Source: Amoebidium appalachense
Lineage: Eukaryota > Protista > Ichthyosporea
Assembly (NCBI GenBank): GCA_963693365.1
Contig: CAVNZM010000008.1
Coordinates: forward strand, 3,873,572 to 3,937,571
DNA length: 64,000 nucleotides
Reading direction: 5' to 3'
Shown here: piece by piece, positions 55,779 through 64,000 of the stretch
How positions within the stretch are numbered: the stretch's first letter is position 1
Layout of the letters: every line of letters begins with the position of its first letter
Program-made: the position numbers and the translations under genes
The notes under the pieces: model-generated
Told to the model about the DNA's origin: nothing
The model's database searches: none
Seen by the model: only the letters and a program-made list of their open reading frames with translations

Positions 55779-56276
55779 GGGGGGGGAGGGGAGGGGAGGG
55801 GGGTGGGGTGGAGAAGGGAGAGTGGGGCCGGGGCGGGGAGAGGGGGCAGTGTGTATGGGGAGGGGAGGGACGGGGAGGGGGGGCCGAGAAGAGGTTTTTT
55901 TTTTTTTTTTTTTTTGGGGGGGGGGGGGGGGAGTGTATGTGCGTAGAGGGGGAGGGGGGGAGGGGGCAGAGTTCCACATAATTCTTTTCCGCCGAGGAGC
56001 CACAACACATTGGAGAGAGCATTATTCCACACACTCAATCTGCATGAACGGATGTATCTTGCCCTTATGTGAACACCAGAAGGGTACTTATACTGCGAGC
56101 TCTCACACAGTGCAAAGCCAAGGGACGGGTGGGTGAGTGTGTGGGTCTTGCCGAGGGGGTGTACCGATACACGGTGGTGCTTGATACCGCCAGTGGAAAG
56201 ATGACAGTTCCAATTATCATCGCTGTGTATCCACGTACGCAAACCCCCCCCCCCCCCCCCCCCCGCTACCCCACTC

Positions 56277-56351
<75 letters not shown>

Positions 56352-58046
56352 TGCATCGTGTTATCCGTTTGTTCTTGTGTACTTCGTACTTTTTGACGCA
56401 TTCAAACCCCCCCCCCCCCCCGCTACCCCACTCAATTCTCTCTCTCTCTCTCTCTCTCCCCCCCCCCCCCCCCCCCCCCGCCCCCCCTCCCCCCTGTTCC
56501 TCGCAAAGAGCATGGGTCGGCCAATATTGATAAGTTTGTGCATGGAACTTTTTGCATATTATTCCATAATCTGTATATCCTGATAACACACAAGGCTGAA
56601 ACTTAATACCCCATGTTGACAGTGCTAATAGCTACACTGGTACTTTTTATACCCATCTTATCAAGGATAAATGCATTTATCTTCTTTATATTTATATCGA
56701 TGTTTCTAATATCAACCCTATGCAGCCAAACTCCGTATTTACGACCACAGCTCACGCTATCCAAAGAACAAAGCTCTCCTCCCAGTTTACATCAAGGCAG
56801 AGGTGAAGCCGCCCCTCCCCCCCCCCCCCCCCCCCCCCCCCCTCCTCCCCCTCCCTCTCCCCCCTCCCTCCCCTCCCCCCTCGCCCCCGCTCTGCCCCTC
56901 CCCTCCTCCTCCCCGCCCCACACACACAAATACCCATCCACCACCATCACCACCATCGCCGCCGCTACCACCACCACCCAACCCCCCATCCCCCATCCCC
57001 CACCCCGCTCCTCTCCGGCCTCGCTTTTCTGCAAAATCTGCATTTTGTTGCCCGTCATGATTGTTTACGGTGTATTTTGTAACAAATCAACCCCCCCCCC
57101 CCCCCCCCCCCCCCCGGTGGATGGCAACCCCCTCCCCCCTCCCCTTCTGCAAGAGGAACATATACCACCTATTCCTTACGCACTTACTTTTGTATCGCAC
57201 TAACACACCATCTATCCCCTGCATATCCACTAACATATCCCCCAACACCCATACATACCCAATGAAAATACACCATCTATCCCCTGCATATCCACTAACA
57301 TATACCCCAACGCCCATACATACCCAATGAAAATGCACCATCTATCCCCTGCATATCCACTAATGCATCTCTTTGCATAGCCGGTTGTACCCGAGTGTGA
57401 CGTGGACCCAGACTTTAAACAGCCAGTCGTGGACGAGGCTCTTCTGCTCAAACACCTTAAGGTGAGGTTCTCAACTTACCCCCCCTCCCCCCCCGCCCCC
57501 CCCCCTCCCCCTCCCCCTCCCCCTCCCCCTCTCCCTTCCCCTTCCCCTTCCTCTCCCCCCCTCTCTTCCCCACACCCACACCGTGCCCCCTCAACCCCGA
57601 CCCCCACCTGGCACTTGCGAAGCGTTATCTGAAGTTGAGTTTTAGGGGGGGGGGGAAGGGGGGGAGGAGGGGGCGATACTTGGTGGATGATTTGGGCCCA
57701 CCTTAACAATGGCCCTGCTTGTAAAGCATAGTCCAAGTGTTTTTTTTGCATATGTACATGATGTGGCTCGTTACGAACAGGGTGACATAAACCTCGTCCC
57801 ATCTCCTCCCCCCCCCCCCCCCCCCCCCTCCCCCCGGGCACGAATATGTAATTCACATCCACCTTTTCACAACCACCACCACACACACGATCACGTGCTG
57901 AGGCTGACGCACACATGCAAAAGAAAGACACACATGCGCATACACGCACACATGCACACACAACGGTTTGCGTAAGCATGCACACACACAACGGTTTGCG
58001 TAAGCATGCACACACACAACACGCACAAACACCCGCGCGCGCACAT

Positions 58047-58139
<93 letters not shown>

Positions 58140-58162
58140 ACGCACATACACACACACGCACG

Positions 58163-58255
<93 letters not shown>

Positions 58256-58454
58256 ACGCACACGTACACACACGTATACACACGTACACACACGTATACA
58301 CACGTACACACACGTACACACACACGTACACACACACACGTACACACAGGCCCGTGCTGTCAACAACACTATCGTGCTTGGGTTTACCGGGGACAGCTAT
58401 CTTGCTTTGGCTCGCAACTGGTTTTGTTCAGTCAAGAAACAGCTGGGAAGGGTG

Positions 58455-58526
<72 letters not shown>

Positions 58527-59550
58527 CTAGAATTTTCGAAGACTAGAGCTGGCTAGGCCCCACGGCATTAATTCCTTTAGCCGTGTGGGATGGGGAGAGG
58601 GGGGGGGGGGTTTGGGAGGTCTGGAGGTATGATTCTTGCTGGTTTGAGCCAAAATTCATGTAATCTTACTATGACCCCGCAATGGGCGGATGTGGCAGAA
58701 CACATTAGTTAGTGACATGTAAATGCCGCGATGTGATTGGCTGATGCAGCATCCCGGGCGGCAACAGGGTAAAAAGGCTGCCAATCATATTTATGCACAG
58801 TTCGAAACAAAAATGTCGACCGCATCTCGTTGACTGCAGTTTCCTGTATACGTAGGCTCGTTGTTAACTTGTCTCTTGCGCTAAAACAAACGAAGCTTAG
58901 GCTATAGGAGTTTGCCAGTTATAAAGTTTGGGATAGTCTTAGCTATGGCCAAAACAAGTAAACCAAAACAGACCAATCCCGCAAAGAAACCAAGGAAACC
59001 ACGGCGAAGCAAGGAAGAGATACAACGGGATAAGGAGGAGAAGGAAAGAAAGAAGGCACAGAGAGAGAAGATTCGGCAAGAAAAAGAAGAACAAAAAAAA
59101 CAGGCAAAGGAAAAAAAAGAACAAGCAGCCGAGCAGAAGAAACGGGAAGCAGACTTGGAAGCACAAAGGAAACGAGGTCAGCTCCAGGCCACATACAACC
59201 AGATCGTGTTTGATAGGTTTATAAGTAGTAGACCTTTTTTTTTTTTTTTTTTTCCCGGCCCGCGGTGCGCATGCGCTGCCGCCGCGCGAGCGGTGACATG
59301 TCACCCCCTCGAATCCTGGGATATTTAATGGCTGGCAATGGATTGGATACAAATCACTAATATTAAATCGGCTAAACATTCCTAAAATTGAACAATCCAA
59401 TCAAGCAGCGTTACAAGGAGTTGCAAAAACTTTCGGGAGCCAATGATGACGATGGCGTCATACGCTTTCAAGCCTACTTATCTGCCACATCCGCCCATTG
59501 CGGGGTCATATCAGCTTACTCCTGTAGTTGTGCTTCATGCAGCATTCCGC

Positions 59551-59585
<35 letters not shown>

Positions 59586-61899
59586 TCCCCCCCCCTTTTT
59601 TTTTTCCAGTTCTACCCTCCATTTTCCTGGTTTCCACTGTGTTCTGTTATTTTTGTGTAGTTTTGGTGCGGAAAGAGGGTTTGGGGGTGAGGGAACGATG
59701 CATTGACACACGGTCATCGTTATAGATTTGTGCTGTGGGTGTGGGTGGGTGGGTCAGTGGGTGGGTGGGGCCGAGGGGGGGGGGGGGGGGGGGGGGGGGA
59801 GGGGGAGGGGGGAGGGGGGGGGGGGGGGCGAGGGGGGGGAAGGGGCCGGCTAGAAGCATTCATCTGTCTCTTTCTTTTGTTTTGAATGTCAACTTTCTTT
59901 CCTTTTCTTTCCTTTGCTTACCTTTTCTTTCCTTTCTCTTTTTCTTCTCTTTTTCTTCCCCCCCTCCCCCCCCCCCCCCCCCCCCCTCTCCCCCTCTCCC
60001 TTCTCCCCCCCCTCCCCCCTCCCCCCCCCCCTCCCCCCCACCACCCCAAATACTTCAAGATTTCTCACTATTGTCCTGTATTATCTCGTGGTTTGCTTAT
60101 TTACCGCCCTCTACGTTCCGATTCCGCCATGCATCCCTGTGACCTGATTGACTACATGTCATGCATCCATGTAACCTCTTTGGCTGCATGTCATGCATCC
60201 CTGTAACCTCATTGGCTGCATGTCATGCATCCCTGTGAACTCATTGGCTGCATGTCATGCATCCCTGTGACCTGACTGGCTGCATGTCATGCATCCTTGT
60301 GATCTGACTGGCCGCATGTCACACATCCCTGTGAACTCATTGGCTGCATGTCATGCATCCCTGTAAACTCATTGGCTGCATGTCATACATCCCTGTGAAC
60401 TGACTGGCTGCATGTCACGCATCCCTGTGACCTGACTGGCTGCATGTCATGCATCCCTGTGATCTGACTGGCCGCATGTCACACATCCCTGTGAACTCAT
60501 TGGCTGCATGTCATGCATCCCTGTGATCTCATTGGCCGCATATCATGCATCCCTGTGACCTGACTGGCCGCATGTCATGCATCCCTGTGACCTAAATGGC
60601 TGCATGTCACGCAGGACAACTACCTTGTGGTGTCGTTTGACACCAAGTCACGTGACTCCATGCTCGAAATGGAGAGGAGCGAAGGGGGAGACGAGATGGC
60701 GGTCTACTTCGACGAGGTTGGAGCCTCCCCCCCTCCTCCCCCCTTGCTTGTTCCCGAAATTTCTGTTTATATTTCTTGAACCCCCCCCCCACCACACACA
60801 CACACACACACCCCCCAATATGGGTGTGACTTGAGCACCCGCTGAAGATGGTGTCTATATATGGTACATACCCTGGATACTTAACCTCGTTTGCAAAATC
60901 CGCTTTGCGTCGTCCGTTATAAATGTGCCCCCCCCCCCCCCCCCCCCTCCCCCCACCCCCAACCTAGCCTAGCCCATTTGTTCTCGGATTTCCTGTTATA
61001 TCTTTCGACCCCCCTCCTCCCCCTTCCCCCCCCCCCCCCCCCCCCCCTCCCTTCCCCTTTCTCCCCTCCTTGGGCCTCCCCTACTCGAAAGGATGGATCA
61101 GGAACTAGGCCCATGTGGAATCTGGTGAAACCCTGCTCTATTTGTGGGTTTATGGGAACCCCCTGATGAGAAGTTGTATAAGGGTCTCCTGCATACACGT
61201 CTGTTTTGGTTGCTGTTTCTTGTTGGTTTTGTGTTTTCATTTTTTTTCTTCGCTTTCATGTTTTGCATTTCATAAAGCAACCCCCCCCCCCCCCCCCTTG
61301 GGGGCTCCATTGTGAGGAAGGGCTCTACTTATGAACATTTTTAATTCTCCCCTTCTCCTCTTCTTCCTAATTATCACTCCGGCTCTATCCCCTGGACATT
61401 TCCCACTGTCTTTGTTTGTGATTGTTGCTTCCTGCTCACCACCACCACTCCCACCCACGTACCCATCACCCTCTCCTTTAATCAGGTGCTGCTTAAAGAC
61501 AAGAAGATGAACTTTCGTCCACGCACAAAGAATGCCGAGCAAGCATGGAAGGAGATTATGAGCGTCAAAACCACCGTTATCGAAACAATAACCAGACACG
61601 GGTATTGAACCCCTCCCCTCCCCTCCCCCCCTTCGGCCGCTGTGGCGCACTTAGTGTTTTCGACTTGTAGGTTCGGCCTTTTCGTTGTGTGTTTGTGCTT
61701 CAGTATAAATCATATCCCCCCCCCCCCCCCCCCCTCCCCCCCCCCCAAAAAAAAAACAAAAACAAAAAACACTCCCCCCTCTCCCCCCCCCCCCCCCCAA
61801 AAAAAAAAAAAAAAAAAAAGCAGAGGACATTACACAAACACGACGACACATTCAGATTTAAACCAAGTGGGCACACACACACAGACACACAGACACACA

Positions 61900-61990
<91 letters not shown>

Positions 61991-62068
61991 CCTACCAACT
62001 CCCCCTTCCCCCCCCCCCCCCCCCACGCACACACACACTCTCTCTCTCCCCCTCTCTCTCTCTCTTGC

Positions 62069-62161
<93 letters not shown>

Positions 62162-63415
62162 GTACAACGTATTTGTAATGGACGCAGACACTGTTCTCCT
62201 CCAAAACCCCTTCAACTATCTTTGGAGCAGAGCAGGTGACTGCGACATCCAATGGCAGGCAGATGGAAAGGACAAGTTCAAATGGGGTTGGTGGCCACAT
62301 ACAGAGGCACAAGCACACACAGGCACAGGCACACACACACAGGCACAGGCACACACACACAGGCACAGGCACACACACACAGGCACAGGCACAGGCACAG
62401 GCACAGAAACAGGCACAGGCACGCGCGCGCGCGCGTATACACACACAGGCACATGCGCGCGCGCACACACACACACACATACGCACACATAGGCACACAC
62501 ACACACACACAGGCACACACATACTACACACGCACACACACGCATGTGCATGCACGCACGCACACACACTCATACACACACTCATACACACACACACACA
62601 CACACTCAAACACACACACACACACACTCATACACACACACATACACACGTGCGCGCGCACAAGCACGCACACACACAACCGTAACAAACACACATACAC
62701 CCGTAAGGCCCCAGCAACATTGGTTTGCGTCGGACCTGTTGTTGCGCACACGGTTTGCGCCGGAGAATATTTTGCCGGCAACCACTCGCAGGCTGTCCTA
62801 GTTTTTTTTTTTCTCTTTCTTTTTTTCTTCCTGTTCTCCATCCCTCTTTTTTTTTTCTTCTTTGTCTTAAAACTATTTGTTGCCACGATAACCGAATAAA
62901 GTAATTCTTTGTTTGATGGCGCCATTTAGTTATGATATAATACTAAAATTTCTTTAAAAAATTCACTTGCTTTGGGCGTCAAGATATAAAACTAAAAAAA
63001 AATGGGGGGGGGGAATATCCACTTGTGTTGGGGGACGTCACTTGATTAAGATATATTACTAAAACTTCTGAAACTTGGTTTCAATCACGCGCACACTTCA
63101 ATATCGGGGTGGATTTTGCCCTTAGCTCCCCCACACTACACCGGCTGTCTTTCTTGCTCACTTTCTTCTTTCGTTCCTTACCGTTCTTTTCTCTCCCCTT
63201 TCCCCCCTTAAACATACAGTTAAATAGTAATACTGAAACATTTGAAATTTCCCAGAGGATCTTCAATCGCGCACACACTTCAACGCCGGTGTGTATTTTG
63301 CCCGTAGCACCCCTAAACTTCAAGGGCTGTATGGGAGGTGGTTGGATGCATACACGTGCAGGAAGGGAAGAAGGGAACAGCACGCACTGACCATCGTGCT
63401 CCACAACACTTTCAG
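50990..63415 (+). CDS. Type II membrane protein with two PKD/Ig-like domains and a nucleotide-diphospho-sugar transferase (GT77-like) domain; continues past the window
   Basis: Exons 50990-51093, 53470-53666, 54834-54966, 55474-55634, 56111-56234, 56726-56802, 57381-57461, 58350-58451, 60615-60716, 61486-61601, 62162-62286 and 63256-63415 are phase-compatible, except exon 1, which needs one T fewer in the T8 run at 51030-51037. PKD-like motifs: [44 protein letters not shown] motifs: [31 protein letters not shown] (DxD), [16 protein letters not shown]. Confidence 0.85.
52727..52984. repeat. Minisatellite, 52-bp unit, about 5 copies
   Basis: CTTCACACTTGATCATTGCACACACACCCACACATGTAAAAACACGTGTTAA units start at 52727, 52779, 52831, 52883 and 52939. 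Confidence 0.92.
54005..54164 (+). repeat. High-identity copy of the right half of the fold-back repeat
   Basis: GGGGTCGAAACTCAGACGCAATTGATGACTTGGG.CCTCCCTGAGGATGGGCTCTGCTTATGACGCATACTGTGC.. to CGCATTCAAA plus poly-C; small internal deletion relative to 22449-22623. Confidence 0.9.
56351..56406 (+). repeat. 3'-end fragment of the fold-back repeat (same variant as 5543-5597)
   Basis: CTGCATCGTGTTATCCGTT.GTTCTTGTGTACTTCGTACTTT..GACGCATTCAA plus poly-C. Confidence 0.75.
57206..57364 (+). repeat. 65-bp tandem repeat, about 2.4 copies, each with CACTAA(C/T), just upstream of the acceptor at 57380
   Basis: Units start at 57206, 57271 and 57336 (CACCATCTATCCCCTGCATATCCACTAA..). Confidence 0.9.
58945..59328 (+). 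CDS. Lys/Glu-rich coiled-coil ORF nested in a glycosyltransferase intron (probably a transposon-borne gene fragment)
   Basis: [37 protein letters not shown].. is protein-like and not a simple repeat; upstream CCAAT motifs. Lies in intron 58452-60614. The true 3' end is unclear. Confidence 0.45.
   Translation: MAKTSKPKQTNPAKKPRKPRRSKEEIQRDKEEKERKKAQREKIRQEKEEQKKQAKEKKEQAAEQKKREADLEAQRKRGQLQATYNQIVFDRFISSRPFFFFFFPGPRCACAAAARAVTCHPLESWDI
60128..60612 (+). repeat. Minisatellite, 32-bp unit, about 15 copies, abutting the acceptor at 60614
   Basis: Unit CATCCCTGTGA(C/A)CT(GAC/CAT)TGGCTGCATGTCATG; period 32 (e.g. 60196 to 60228). Confidence 0.95.
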
Positions 63416-63505
63416 GTCTGAAATTTCCCGAAATTTCATTTTACCCCCCCCCCCCCCATTCCCCCCACCCCCACATTAGCAAACCCCCCCCCCCCCCCCC
63501 CCTCT

Positions 63506-63571
<66 letters not shown>

Positions 63572-64000
63572 TCCCCCCCCCCCCCCTCCCTCCCTCCCTT
63601 CATGCTTCCGACCTTTCAATGCATTCAGCACCCATCCTCCTTTCCCACTAAGGCCTCACCTCTCCATTCACGCTGCCATGCTCCCATCCCCCCTCCCCCC
63701 CTCCCGGGGGGGTCTTTGTAACTCTCTCTCTCTGAAATGCAATAAAACCCCCTCCCAACCCCCCCCGTTCTCCCCCCCCCCCCCCCCCCCCCCCCCCCCG
63801 CGCTCTACCCGCACTCTCACCCCACCCCCATTCTCTCTTCCGTGTTTCCCACCCTCCCATGCATACCCCCCCCCCCCCCCCCCCCTCCCCTCAACCCCCC
63901 AACCCCCGTTCCCTTTCCCCGAAGAAGTGGAAATATGAAAGAAAGAGTAAAGGCAAAAAAAGAGAAAAGGGAAGAGGAACCGATAGCAAAGGGAAACAAT

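Noticed and set aside
52727-60612. Regularly spaced repeats as a CRISPR array
   Set aside because: Units are head-to-tail with no unique spacers, there are no cas genes, and the context is eukaryotic introns.
62708-62800. Exon-like segment [22 protein letters not shown]
   Set aside because: Exon 62162-62286 already joins 63256 in phase and gives the proper FNAGVYF motif; this segment has no good donor.

Overview
Eukaryotic, intron-rich genomic DNA. A CUEDC2 C-terminus close to the animal one, together with cAR-type and SBP-fused class C GPCRs, suggests a non-animal opisthokont or unicellular holozoan; this is inference. Introns are filled with G/C homopolymers and (CA)n/(GT)n/(CT)n microsatellites, so most of the ORF track is spurious. 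Genes were rebuilt by hand from splice sites. In order: the last exon of CUEDC2; a complete 24-exon MTR4/MTREX helicase gene (about 1067 aa); a decayed trypsin-like protease; a decayed solute-binding-protein/class C GPCR fusion; an intact cAMP-receptor-like GPCR with a GC-AG intron; a 5'-truncated RT-RNase H LINE with a perfect 15-bp TSD; and a 3'-incomplete PKD-domain + GT77-like glycosyltransferase. The most notable signals are: (1) many acceptors preceded directly by (CA)n instead of a polypyrimidine tract; (2) a ~357-bp fold-back repeat family whose copies almost all end at poly-C tracts; (3) a structured LINE 3' tail with compensatory changes, shared with a short element; (4) minisatellites built from branch-point/acceptor units. 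Homopolymer lengths and some degenerate repeat copies may be assembly artefacts. All protein-family calls are from motif recognition, not database searches.
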